DNA of 63,767 bases, the filler included, from Reticulomyxa filosa (Eukaryota; Protista; Foraminifera): the NCBI GenBank assembly GCA_000512085.1. It is 23 parts of 23 records of this genome, joined end to end, with 100 filler letters (N's around TTAATTAATTAA, not from the genome) between each part and the next. Parts side by side here need not be neighbours in the genome. Positions count along the whole stretch, not along the records: positions 1 to 2,346 come from ASPP01002553.1; positions 2,447 to 4,504 come from ASPP01028649.1; positions 4,605 to 7,832 come from ASPP01010843.1; positions 7,933 to 9,835 come from ASPP01010558.1; positions 9,936 to 12,912 come from ASPP01003156.1; 18 more parts are not named here. One strand, written 5' to 3'. The position numbers and the translations under genes were made by a program. Numbering within the stretch: position 1 is the stretch's first letter; each line of letters starts with the position of its first letter. A model generated the notes under the pieces. That model searched no databases, was not told where the DNA came from, and saw nothing but the letters and a program-made list of their open reading frames with translations. Below, piece by piece: positions 1-11,539 of this stretch.

Positions 1-24
1 CAAAGTTTTATGTTATTTATATAT

Positions 25-104
25 CGCAATCTCTGGGATTCGAACCCAGTCTTCTAAAAAGAAGTTGCGAAAATATCGCATTGCCTCCAAATGGCATAGA
101 TTGC
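25..104 (-). ncRNA. tRNA-like cloverleaf (type II, long variable arm) with non-canonical 5-nt anticodon loop
   Basis: Minus strand: acceptor GCAATCT/AGATTGC plus discriminator G; D stem TGCC/GGCA with loop ATTTGGA; anticodon stem TGCGA/TCGCA with loop TATTT; variable stem CTTCT/AGAAG; T stem CTGGG/CCCAG with loop TTCGAAT (B-box). Confidence 0.7.
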
Positions 105-249
105 CCAGAGAAATAAAATTGTACTTATATTTCTCATCGTTGTTGAATAATGTTTTTTTGAATATAAGATACGATACAAATAAAATATAAACATAAAATA
201 CAATAACATAACGTATCAAATCATATTCAAGTTTGCTTAACTGCTTCAA

Positions 250-856
250 TGCTTTCATACTTACATCTTGATTCGTATTCACTCTTGTACCGATTGCAAT
301 TCTTTCATACTTGCCTCTTGCATTGCCTATGCTACAACTCTTTTATATTTGTATCGTTGTAATTCTTTCATTCTTTTACCAATTAAAGGTCTTTCATACT
401 TGACGATTGAGATCTTTCATTCTTGTTTCGAGTCCACTTCTTTCATACTTGACAATTGCGACGGTCCGTAATTGGAAGAATGAAAGAATTTCAATCGGTA
501 CATATATGAAAGAGTTTTAGCAAAGACAGTCATGGCGCTTTCGTTCTTGTTGCAGTTACAATGCTTTTATTTTTGATTGAATTCAGTTATTTCATACTTG
601 CCTCTTGTGATGCTTTCGTGTTTGACTAGGCTACAACTCTTTAGTGTCTGTATAGATTGTAATTCTTTCATCTTTTATCGATTGTAAGTCTTTCATACTT
701 GTCAATGTTGCAATCTTTCATTCTTGTTCCGATTTTAATTCTTTCATACTTACTCTTGCAATGCTTTGCAATCGGAAAAAGAATGAAAGAATTTCAGTTC
801 ATACATATATAAAGAGTTGCAGCCAAGACAACTTGATAATTTCATACTTGATTCTT
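250..856. repeat. Degenerate ~25-27-bp minisatellite (core CTTTCATACTTG / CTTTCATTCTT) arranged in two ~300-bp higher-order units, each with an internal inverted segment
   Basis: TTTCAT cores near 253, 303, 366, 392, 415, 441, 590, 666, 691, 716, 742 and 840; inverted cores near 481, 508 and 784; 366-520 aligns to 666-820. Confidence 0.8.
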
Positions 857-2346
857 GTTATATCTGATAGCTCTCTTTGCTGTCAACGGATGGTCCATAT
901 AGAGTTTTTTGTAGATGATTTTCAAAAAAAAAGTGAAATTTTTTTGAATGGTTCAACTATAATTATTGAAATTTGACGTCAATAATGAAAAACACATTGA
1001 AAAATCTTAACAAATAATTTTTTCATCATATAATTATCAAAACTACCAAGCATTTTTTGTAATAATAAAAAAACCTAATTTCAATATTGTATGTGTTTTC
1101 ACAAATTCTTGAACAATTACTGTGTTAAATTAAAAAATAATATTACAATAAGAATTAATTAAGATGAAATTGACTCATTCTAAAAAAATTTGCAATAAGA
1201 AACTTATTTTTTTTATTAATTCTGAATTACTTACAATAAATATCGCGTAAAGTGATATATTTTGGCAATATGTCAGATGTTACAAAAAATATGATCAATT
1301 TTAAAAAACTGGAGTAAAGAAAACACAAAAAAAAAGGATTTATCATATTTTGATGAATTTGCAAGACGAAAAGATCGAAGAAAATAATAAACATCCATTT
1401 CGAGAACGAATCAGATGAAGGAATTGATTACGCCGCAAGGTCAATACTTGAAGATGGTCATCGCGATTTGAATGGAGATATTGACATTAGGAGGATATAA
1501 AATATGATAAATCCTTTTTTTTTTGTGTTTTCTTTACTCCAGTTTTTTAAAATTGATCATATTTTTTGTAACATCTGACATATTGCCAAAATATATCACT
1601 TTACGCGATATTTATTGTAAGTAATTCAGAATTAATAAAAAAAATAAGTTTCTTATTGCAAATTTTTTTAGAATGAGTCAATTTCATCTTAATTAATTCT
1701 TATTGTAATATTATTTTTTAATTTAACACAGTAATTGTTCAAGAATTTGTGAAAACACATACAATATTGAAATTAGGTTTTTTTATTATTACAAAAAATG
1801 CTTGGTAGTTTTGATAATTATATGATGAAAAAATTATTTGTTAAGATTTTTCAATGTGTTTTTCATTATTGACGTCAAATTTCAATAATTATAGTTGAAC
1901 CATTCAAAAAAATTTCACTTTTTTTTTGAAAATCATCTACAAAAAACTCTATATGGACCATCCGTTGACAGCAAAGAGAGCTATCAGATATAACAAGAAT
2001 CAAGTATGAAATTATCAAGTTGTCTTGGCTGCAACTCTTTATATATGTATGAACTGAAATTCTTTCATTCTTTTTCCGATTGCAAAGCATTGCAAGAGTA
2101 AGTATGAAAGAATTAAAATCGGAACAAGAATGAAAGATTGCAACATTGACAAGTATGAAAGACTTACAATCGATAAAAGATGAAAGAATTACAATCTATA
2201 CAGACACTAAAGAGTTGTAGCCTAGTCAAACACGAAAGCATCACAAGAGGCAAGTATGAAATAACTGAATTCAATCAAAAATAAAAGCATTGTAACTGCA
2301 ACAAGAACGAAAGCGCCATGACTGTCTTTGCTAAAACTCTTTCATA
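505..2346. repeat. Large near-perfect inverted repeat (arms ~505-1351 and ~1499-2346, ~147-bp loop); foldback-element-like; right arm truncated by contig end
   Basis: An identical 71-aa ORF lies at 761-976(+) and 1875-2090(-); the contig end is the reverse complement of 505 onward; the only arm difference I noticed is a homopolymer length. Confidence 0.95.
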
Positions 2347-2446
2347 NNNNNNNNNNNNNNNNNNNNNNNNNNNNNNNNNNNNNNNNNNNNTTAATTAATT
2401 AANNNNNNNNNNNNNNNNNNNNNNNNNNNNNNNNNNNNNNNNNNNN
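2347..2446. other. Artificial contig-joining linker N44-TTAATTAATTAA-N44 (first of 22; others start near 4505, 7833, 9836, 12913, 16081, 22086, 23469, 28438, 31910, 35630, 37186, 40562, 43259, 45685, 50916, 52966, 54764, 55981, 58562, 59685, 62117)
   Basis: Identical 100-bp N-flanked six-frame stop cassette at every gap. Confidence 0.99.
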
Positions 2447-4504
2447 ACATGATCAATTGATGTTTCATTTTCCAAAAAGCCATGTTCAATCAAATGTTTT
2501 TCTTCATCTATAAATTCTTCTGTCCCTAAATATATAATGCCAAGACGTTGGATTTCAATTTTTCGAGCATTTGCCAATAACATGTCCACAAGATTCGTAT
2601 TGTCATTTTGTAAGTGTTGAAGTAAGAAATTGGAAAGGATTGAAACCGAAGTAGGAAAAAATAGTATACTCTCACTTGTAGTGCAAATTTTTCTAAATGA
2701 AATAGATTTCCAAAGAGATAGAGTCATTTGTACCAACCATTGTCCAGGTCGGTTTTCAGGGACATCTTTCACATGTGCAAATTTGGAACAGATAGAGATC
2801 AAATGTGCATAATGGAAAATGATGTGATGAAAATGATGTATGGTTACTTCAATCGTGGCAATAGTCAATTTGCCACACAATAACAATGCCATAGACACAA
2901 TCACATTTCGTAGCATGATTTGTTGATCCGGAGTATGTAAACGCCATGAAAATTCAAATCGGACCAAATCCATTGCATATTCATGAATTACTTTCAGAAA
3001 ATAATCCACTTCCCAGTTTGTTAAATTGTCATTCCCAATTGATATTTGTTCCAACTCTGTTGCATGTAAAATTAGGTCATTGTTTGGTGCTTCGGAATTT
3101 GTTGAGAGTTGTCGTTGACACCACGAATGAATAGAATAACTAAATGGAAAAGAACATTGCAAACAAGTTCGAATTGAATATAATTGAGGATTAATTGCGG
3201 CCAACAGTAAGTGATTCGCATCGATATTCACAGATCTCATTTTGACCAATTCTTCATTTTCCAATGCCCTTTCAAATAACTTTTTATACCATTGATATTC
3301 TATTTCATCTTTTCTGTCCACGCTTTCGACATATTTCTTTGAATTGTTGTTTATATTTTTGTATTAAAACAATAGAAACAATGAAAAAATAAATAAACAA
3401 AACTACAAAGCCACCATTTTGATAAATGGTGAATAACACATTGACAAAAGTCAAAGTTAACAAAGTGTCAATAATACTCTGATATCTTTCGAAAAAAGAT
3501 CCTTCCATCTTTTTCTTTCCACTTTTCTCTAATTTATTCAAAATATCTTCAACCGAACGATAGTCCGCGACATTAGATAATAGAATCTGTAATCTCCTTC
3601 TAAGGATCTCTACATATCTATGGAATTCTTTTTGCTCAAACAATGACAAGTATTGTTTTTCTTTCAAAGAATCAACGGAATGTAGAAAGTGCAATCTTCC
3701 AAAAGCTCCGCGTGCACATTTGGACAAGTTCTATAAAAACAACAGATATGATATCTGTCATTATCCAATAGAAAACGTAAATGTAATTTTTTACCTGTTC
3801 GAGTAGTCTATCAACCACATTTGTCACTGATTTTTTCAAATCTTTTTGCAATGATATTGTGCCCATTGATAATAAATAATCGACATAAACAATCTTCCAT
3901 TTCCTTTTTTTTAAAAAAGAGGGGCTCCATGTTTGTTTTAACAAAAAAAAAATTGTTTTTGTAACTGTCGAAAAATCAAATAAAATGGTGATCTTTTGTT
4001 GTTGTGGATCAGCAAAATGACTATTTTATGTTCTTCATTATTTTTTGGATCATTATAAAACAAATGATGTTCGAGTTGGAGAATATGTATGATTTGTTCT
4101 AATTGATATTCACTGCTGGGCGTGTAACGATATTGCAAGATTAAAACATCTTCTGAGATCTTGTTGTTGAAAAATTCTTTGACTGTTTTTTCAAACTGAT
4201 CAATTTTTTTGAACGATGAAATTTTTTTTGTGCAGTGGATCCACTCCATTGGGATATTATGTTCCATGTCATTCGTTATTACCATTACCATTTGATTTTT
4301 GCAGTTCTTTTGCTGAGTTTCCACAATTGTCCCCTTTTTTTTTTTTAAATATATTTGTGTCAATATTTATCAATTTAAAAAAAGTTGTTTTCTGGAAAGG
4401 AATAATATCTACTTTACCAATGAAAGAAATCGAATATCTTCCTCAATCTTCATTTTCACAATTTCCTCTGGTCGACACAATGGACGAAATAAATCAAGTA
4501 ATTC
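2447..4504 (-). CDS. Internal fragment of a giant RNF213 (mysterin)-like AAA+/E3 protein, multi-exon
   Basis: Spliced ORFs 3938-4363, 3672-3944, 3305-3727 and 2447-3321. 'ISSFKKIDQFEKTVKEFF', 'W-KIVYVDYL' and 'FPFSYSIHSW' resemble, in order, RNF213 post-AAA motifs (F.TE..F...V..F; W.SVHIDDL; VPFSWKI). Confidence 0.55.
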
Positions 4505-4716
4505 NNNNNNNNNNNNNNNNNNNNNNNNNNNNNNNNNNNNNNNNNNNNTTAATTAATTAANNNNNNNNNNNNNNNNNNNNNNNNNNNNNNNNNNNNNNNN
4601 NNNNATATACATATATATATATATATGTGTATACATATATATATATGTATATATTTGTTAAGCTATAACAATAAATCAACTAACCTACAAATAATAATAA
4701 TAATAATAATAATAAG

Positions 4717-5891
4717 ACGAATATTGAAAAAGTGCTGCGGGTGTGGGACACGTATTATACGTTCCCTCCTTATTTCACCAAAGAATTACGTGACATTGTG
4801 ACTGGAATAAAAGACTTGGAAAAAGAAAGACAAGAAAAAGACCGGCAAATGAAAGAGCAAAAGGAAAAGGAAGAAAAGTTGCGACGACAGAAACAGCAAG
4901 AAATGAAGCAGAAGAACATACAGTTGCTTGCGTCGAAAATCGCCGCGGACGTTGCTCCGGAAATGCGAGCGGGGGCGAACTTGGAACATATGATGAATGA
5001 CTCCAGATTCGCAAATGCGAATGAAAAGCATTTGAGTGGTAACGATGCGTTCGAATCTGCTGTTCCTGATATCGCACCAGTGTTCCAGAGATTGGCCGAA
5101 CAACAAAAGCAAAAGCAAATGCAACAACAAATGATACAACCAAACATTAACATCAATATCACTACCACAATATCTTCTTCTTCTTCTTCTTCTTCGACTG
5201 CTGCTGTTAATGCGACAGCAATGCCTACTCCTATTATGACTGCGCCTCTATCTTCATCGACATCGTCAACATTAACGCTGCCAGCTACTTCGTCGTCTTC
5301 GAATACCATATCCTCGCCTGTTTTTTCCTCGATTGTCTCACATCATCCTCATCAAATGATATCACAGCAATCGACATTTGGGTCATTACGGCCAGGAGTT
5401 GGAGGGCCTATGATTAATGGAGTCCCTCCATCGATGTCAACATTTCAAGCATCTGCCAATCCCGTCTACGGCGTTCCCTCAATCGCTACACAAAACACAA
5501 GGTTTCAACCTCCGATGCTCTCACAAATGTATGCACCACGTCCTCCAGCTATGCACGGTCAGGTCACGTATGCACCACACCCACCTATCACTGGCTACAT
5601 TTTGACTGGAGTGACGCCCATGCAACTGCCTCCAGCACAGCATCAACAACCGAGTCCCTACTCACATATCATCCCGCCATCCAGGGGTATGCCAAAACAA
5701 AACAAAACAAAACAAAAAGCAAGCAAACAAATAAAACTTACTTCATTTTTTTATTTTTTATTTTTTATGTGTTGATCTGAAAACAAGTAGGAAATATCAC
5801 ACGCATGAATCCAAGCCCTTTCAATGGGATGCAACGAGACATGGACATTGATGGAGTGCCAATAGATGATATTGATGGAGACCCCATGTAA
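4717..5891 (+). CDS. 3' part of a CID-domain RNA-processing protein (SR140/U2SURP- or CHERP-like) with a Q/S/P-rich tail
   Basis: 'ILKKVLRVWDTYYTFPPYFTKELRDIV' resembles the C-terminal helices of a CID domain; the last exon after the intron at ~5687-5790 ends 'DMDIDGVPIDDIDGDPM*', an SR140-like DIDGVP motif. Confidence 0.55.
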
Positions 5892-6554
5892 TTTTCAAAA
5901 TAAACCAGAAATCGTGTGCATCGGTTGCATCAAGTGTTTTTTTTTGGGTTGTCCTTTTTTTTTTTTTTTTTAATTTGATAAACGAAGAATTAATCACAAA
6001 GTAACCGTTGCTTGTTTTATTTTCTCCTACAATTAACATCGCAAGTGAGACTAAATTTTCGTCATCCCTTGTTTTGTGATTTTCTTGTGCACAACACCAA
6101 AGCATTGTGATATTCTCTAGGCAATTCATCTCAAAATTATTTTTCATTTTTTGCTAATTTACAAAAAAAAAAAGGATGTGACTTGTACAAATTTTTTGTA
6201 ACAAAATTTTTTTGGAGTCAATATTAAATGTGAACTGATGACAAGTGAAAACCCTGAAGTTTTTCTGACTTCCCTTTTTCTCTCTCTCTTCCAATCGAAA
6301 GAGGACAAAAAAAAAAAGGGGGTAGTCGAATACAAAAAAATAATTTTTGACAATAAAAGGTTTTTTCCTCCGCCTCTACTTAGATGAATTCTCAGATCGA
6401 GAAGGAGGACACCAAAACAAAAGACAAAAAAAAAGGCACTCCTTTATTTTATTGTATTTTTACGTTGCTTGCAATGTATTGTAAAAGCTGTCCCTCCTTC
6501 CCCTCCTTCTCCCTCCCCCCCAAAAAAAATTCAATGTTATCAGAAAAAAAAAAG

Positions 6555-7534
6555 CTACTCCCTTGGCATGACTACACTTCGATCAATAGGCAGAATTGGG
6601 CTTCTGTCAACAGGACACTCGAGCGGCTTTCGGGGATTATTGGTCTTTCTCTCACTAAGCCAGCGATCGATGCATGCCTGATGAAACGTACACCCACACT
6701 GAAAAATGACCTTGACGAGACTCGACTCTTCGAAATTGTCAAGACAGATCCGACAAACAATGTTATTTTTTTGGAAAGCAGCCAATTGTTCGGGAGTGAC
6801 TCGTTGAGGGGGCTCGCTCATCAAATGGTCATGCGGGAGTCTTTGGTCAGTCTGCGACAGCCGATTCCAAGTACCTAGCTGTTCTGTCTCTACAGGTCTC
6901 TCTTCATGAAGTCGTGCCAGCAGCTCATGTTCTGTTACTTCTTGAACCTCTCTATGGGCTTGTTTCTCGTGCTCGTTTATTTCTTCAAGTTGCAATTGGT
7001 ATATTAGTTCTGTGTTTTCATCTTCTGGATTTTCTTTGTCCAATTCTTTTTTTCTTCTTCTTTTTTTTCTTCTTCTTTTTTTTCTGCTTCTTCTTCTCTT
7101 TCTTCTCTTTCTTCTTCTTCTTCGTATTCATGTTCATTTGGCGGTGGCGGCGTTTTTATCGTTTTTTTTAGAGTCTTTGTACTTTCAGTCTTTGTATTTG
7201 CTTTCTTTGCTTTTTGTACTGTCTTTGTGCTCTCTTTTTTTTCAGTCTCTTTTGTCTTTGAGTTTGTTGTCGCTGGCTTTGCTTTCGGCTTCTTTGTCTT
7301 TGCTTTTGCGTTCATGTCTTTTTGCAGAGTTTTTTGAGCCGACATTAGCTTCATTCGAACTATTGCGGAAAAACCGCATTCTTTACACAAATCGCGAAGC
7401 TCGGCTTCCCCCACGTTCACTATTGTTCTCACGTTTATTCTATTCTCTCGCAACGTTTTGCTCACCTCGGGCTCCACTACGCCATTTTTTTTTAACCAGA
7501 CGTCCAAATCTTCATACTCTTCTCTCTCTGCCAT
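6555..7534 (-). CDS. SAM-like domain plus RING E3 ubiquitin ligase (frameshift at ~7040 in a homopolymer run)
   Basis: N-terminal 'DLDVWLKKNG...L.ENRI....I.....ELRDLC...GF.....KL' is SAM-like; C-terminal CRIC...CGCTFHQAC...W...CPVD is a RING. Confidence 0.75.
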
Positions 7535-7950
7535 CTCGTCTCTTTAAAAATTGTCTATTTGAATATGTCGCAAGTTTTGAATTATTCCTAAAACTCCAAT
7601 TTCTTCTCTGGTTTGGTTTTTTTTTTAGTCAAAAAAGCAGTTTTTCCGAGGTTGTATTAACTTTTCAATTTTTTTTTCCCCTGAAAAAATGCTTCATGAC
7701 GATAAATGAGCAGTTAAACAAATAGAAAGTGGAGCAGTAACGTCTATCTAGTAAAAAAAAAAAAAAAGCGTGATTTGTGGACAGAAGATAGTGTGGAGAA
7801 TTTTCCAAAAAAAAAATGTTGTTTTTTTTTTTNNNNNNNNNNNNNNNNNNNNNNNNNNNNNNNNNNNNNNNNNNNNTTAATTAATTAANNNNNNNNNNNN
7901 NNNNNNNNNNNNNNNNNNNNNNNNNNNNNNNNTTTTTTTTTTTTTTTTTT

Positions 7951-9135
7951 CAAAACTGGCAAGAGTAAATCGTCATCGTCGTCCTCAGGGTCAGAGTCTT
8001 CCAAATTGACATCAGCGCCTTTGCCAGTGATGGCAGTGCCTTCGTTGCCATTGGCTTCGGCATTCGTATTGGATTGGTCGTTGTTGTTATTGTCTTCGTC
8101 ATCGTTATTAGGGATGGGGTCGTCACAGAAACTGTATTGCCGAATCTCCAAAGGCGATAACGTCTTTGGAGTGTTCTTGCTATACAATCCCCAATCGCGG
8201 CCTTGCTTTGCTTCTCCGCCCTTTGGCGTACTCTTTTTCTTGTCTTTCTTTTTCGATTGGTCAAACGACCTCGGCCCACTCGACTTGCGTTGGATTTTGC
8301 TCAGATATGAGTCCAACTCTTCTCCTTCCGTTGGCGTTCCACCCTCTTCTTCTCGTCCGTTATTGTTGTTATTGTTATTGTTATTGTCATTGCCGTTGGG
8401 AGTGTCAATGTCACTTGCACTTCCCTTGTCATTGTCATTGTCATTGTCATTGTCATTACTATTGTCATTCATATTGCCACTCGGTTTTTTGTCCGAAAAC
8501 TTGTAATGCTTTTTGCCTCGTTTCGTCTCCTTGTACTGCTTCGGCGTACTCGATTGGTTCTTGTAGTCCGTCAGAAAATGCGTCACTATCTTGTCGTAAC
8601 GTGACTTGAACAACGCGAACGATGTCACCGTCATTTCCGCTTTTTTAAAAAAATAATTTATTTTTCAGCAATCTTTGACTTGTCTTTTATTCTTGTTATT
8701 GTTATTATTGAGCAAAATAAAGTAAAGCAATTCATTCATAAAATTTACCAATTCCTTTTTTCAAAGAGTCTTCAAACATTCGAATGAACTCACGCTTGAC
8801 CGTTTCCAATAAATCGTCAATGTACAGTAATTTCTGAAAACTGAAATACACTGCCACGAAGACAAGCTTAAAGTGGTTCTCAAATGTCCATCTCAACGTA
8901 TATGAGTCATGCACCAATGATTCCTTTTTGTTTATTTTTTTGTGGTTTTTGTTGCCAACGAGACCAAATAAAAAAAAAGGTCCTTTTTATGTCTTTTCAA
9001 AACTTGGCCTGATCGATCATTCAACAACACGTTTTGAATTAGTGAGTTCACCGGAGCAGTTCCAAGTGAAGTGTCTTCAGTTGCTTGCCATAATACTGCA
9101 CCTCCTCGATGAAAAACGGTAAGTTGTTTCAACAT
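7951..9135 (-). CDS. SRPRA: Signal recognition particle receptor alpha, N-terminal longin (SRX) domain and linker; 3'-truncated
   Basis: 'MLKQLTVFHRGGAVLW...PVNSLIQNVLLNDRSG' and 'DSYTLRWTFENHFKLVFVAVY...LLYIDDLLETVKREF'; charged linker with 'KQGRDW'. Confidence 0.9.
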
Positions 9136-9935
9136 TATTCTTGTAAAATGAAATTCAGCTGAATTATTCTCAATAAAGATGCAACACTTACTTACTTTTT
9201 TTCTGGTCCCTCTTGCAAAGAATTTTTTAGTCAGACTAAAAGTGTCCAACTGTTTTGAAAATAAATTTGAAGATAACTACAAATCAAGCTCTTTTTCGGA
9301 TACATATAAGTCTTTTTCGCTTTGTTAAAGTGTGCGTCTTCTGCATTTAATAAGACCAAGTAAAAAATGTTCGGTTTTGGTCAGCAGATAAAAAAAAAAT
9401 GTTTCTGGATCGTATTGATTAGCATTTATTCCAGAAAATGTCATCATTTTTGTAGGAATAGAGGTTGTACCGGAAAAATACTTTTTTGTTGAGATGTGGT
9501 ATCACGTTTTGTCTTTATAATTTTACTGAAAAATACAAGGCTTAGATTTTATGTGAATTATAGTTTCCGACTTTTTTTGAGTTACGTTTTTGTAAGTTTG
9601 TGAATTGAAGAAAAAAGATACAAGTATGGCTGAATAAAAAAAGAACTCCAAACTAACTAATCAACACAAGAGTGAAGCAGAAGGACAACAAAAAACCCTC
9701 TGGTTTGGGAGTAAAAAAAAGGAGAAAAAAAAGAAAAAAGGAATAGTAAGAAAAAAACAATAGCGGGGACACAAAAATGCTAAAAATAAAGAACACTGAT
9801 ATGAAACGATAAAAAAAAAAAAACTGATATGAAACNNNNNNNNNNNNNNNNNNNNNNNNNNNNNNNNNNNNNNNNNNNNTTAATTAATTAANNNNNNNNN
9901 NNNNNNNNNNNNNNNNNNNNNNNNNNNNNNNNNNN

Positions 9936-10764
9936 TTTTGTTATTATTATTTTGCAATGGTGAAATATCAATACACCAAACAGTATTTTCATGTCCATTG
10001 AAAATATGTAATGATTTGGATGTTTCAATATCCCATAAACGCATAGTATTGTCACTAGATCCAGAACATAAATATCTACCACCATTAAATGATGAAAATT
10101 CGATTCCACCAACCCAATTAGTGTGTTCATTAAATATTTGTAATTGTTGATTATTTTTATAATCCCAAAAACGAATGGTATTGTCATATGATGAAAAACA
10201 AATAACATTGTGATCATTATTATTATAATAATGATATGTTGAAAATTTTACACAATACACATGATTTGAATGTTCATCGAATAAATTAATTTGTTTGTTA
10301 GTCTCAATATCCCATACACGAACAGTACAATCATCTGAACCAGAACAAATGAATTTATCATAATCGAATATCGAACAATCAATGCTCCAAACATAGCTAG
10401 TATGTCCAATAAATGTTTTAAGTAATTTAGATGTTGAGCAAAATGGATCAAGCATGAAGACTATAATTGACTGTGATATCATCAAGTTAAATATTTTTAA
10501 TATTTTATTTGTCATCAAATAAAAAAACAAAAAAAGATATTATACTAACATAATTGACAACAATTTTGTCAAACTCATCGATCCATCCTAATTTAATGTT
10601 TAATATTCTAATCCAGTGTTGAATAATGATTTGAGTTTTTTCTTCTTCTGACTAGTTACATAAAAAAAAAAAAAAACAACAATAAAAAACAGCCAACAGT
10701 CTGAAAGATTGAATGAACTTACCAATGCTAGTTGCATTGAAGTTTCTTTTTCATGGTTAGTCAT
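9936..10764 (-). CDS. WD40-repeat protein of a lineage-expanded family; 3'-truncated
   Basis: GH...WD repeats ('FIGHTSYVWSID...CSGSDDCTVRVWD'); short 5' exons; paralogous to 16939-18123. Confidence 0.9.
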
Positions 10765-10920
10765 TCTTTTGTTTTTTTTCTTTTGAGATTAGTTTTGATG
10801 AACAAATATTTGAAAGGGTTTTCACAACACGTTCTGTAAAATAATTAGATATACACAAATGATTATTATTATATAATTAACTTTCTTAAATAGGTAAGAG
10901 ATTTTCAATCGTTAATGGCT

Positions 10921-11320
10921 TTACAAGGATATAGTCATACAGTGAATATTGTAGCATTTTCTGCAGATGGTCGTAAGATTATTTCAGCATCAGATGATCA
11001 TACTGTTCAAATATGAGATACTGTTGTTTCATGCTCAACAAACGGAATAATTCGATTATGGAAGATTTATATAGGATATGACATATAAGCTTTTTCTCAG
11101 ATGAAAAAAATATTATATCAAGTAAATTTATTACATCATGTAATATGTGAATGATGTAAAATTTCTTCCGTTGTGTGTAAGGCATATAGTTGAATTGAAA
11201 TCAAGAACAGAAATATAAACTTTGGAAGAATATCATAATTTAAGATTTGTGTCTCAGAATGGTAATAATACAATTTCATTAGGTTCTAAAAATTATATCA
11301 TTCAAATTTGTGGATTATAA
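10921..11320 (+). pseudogene. Degraded WD40 gene relic
   Basis: 'LQGYSHTVNIVAFSADGRKIISASDDHTVQI*D' has a stop (TGA) where the WD tryptophan should be; further decayed repeats lie downstream. Confidence 0.7.
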
Positions 11321-11539
11321 CATTTTTGAAGATGTAATATTTATTCAACCGTCTTAAACTTTGATGCTTTCATAACTCTTTACGGATAATCTAATTAAAA
11401 TGTGATACAAGATTTTTTTGTTTCTCTCAATTCAATCATATGCCTATTTTACTGAAAAAAATGCATTTAAATGCAATATATTATCAATTAACCTTTTTTT
11501 GGAATAAAGTGTATAATTACTTGTACTGTTGTCAGAAGT

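Noticed and set aside
13-282. 89-aa ORF
   Set aside because: It overlaps the tRNA-like structure and AT-rich DNA and has no domain signal.
250-856. CRISPR array
   Set aside because: Repeats are degenerate, switch orientation and lack unique spacers; no cas genes; eukaryotic context.
761-2090. Duplicated 71-aa ORF as a real gene pair
   Set aside because: A by-product of the inverted repeat; no recognisable protein features.
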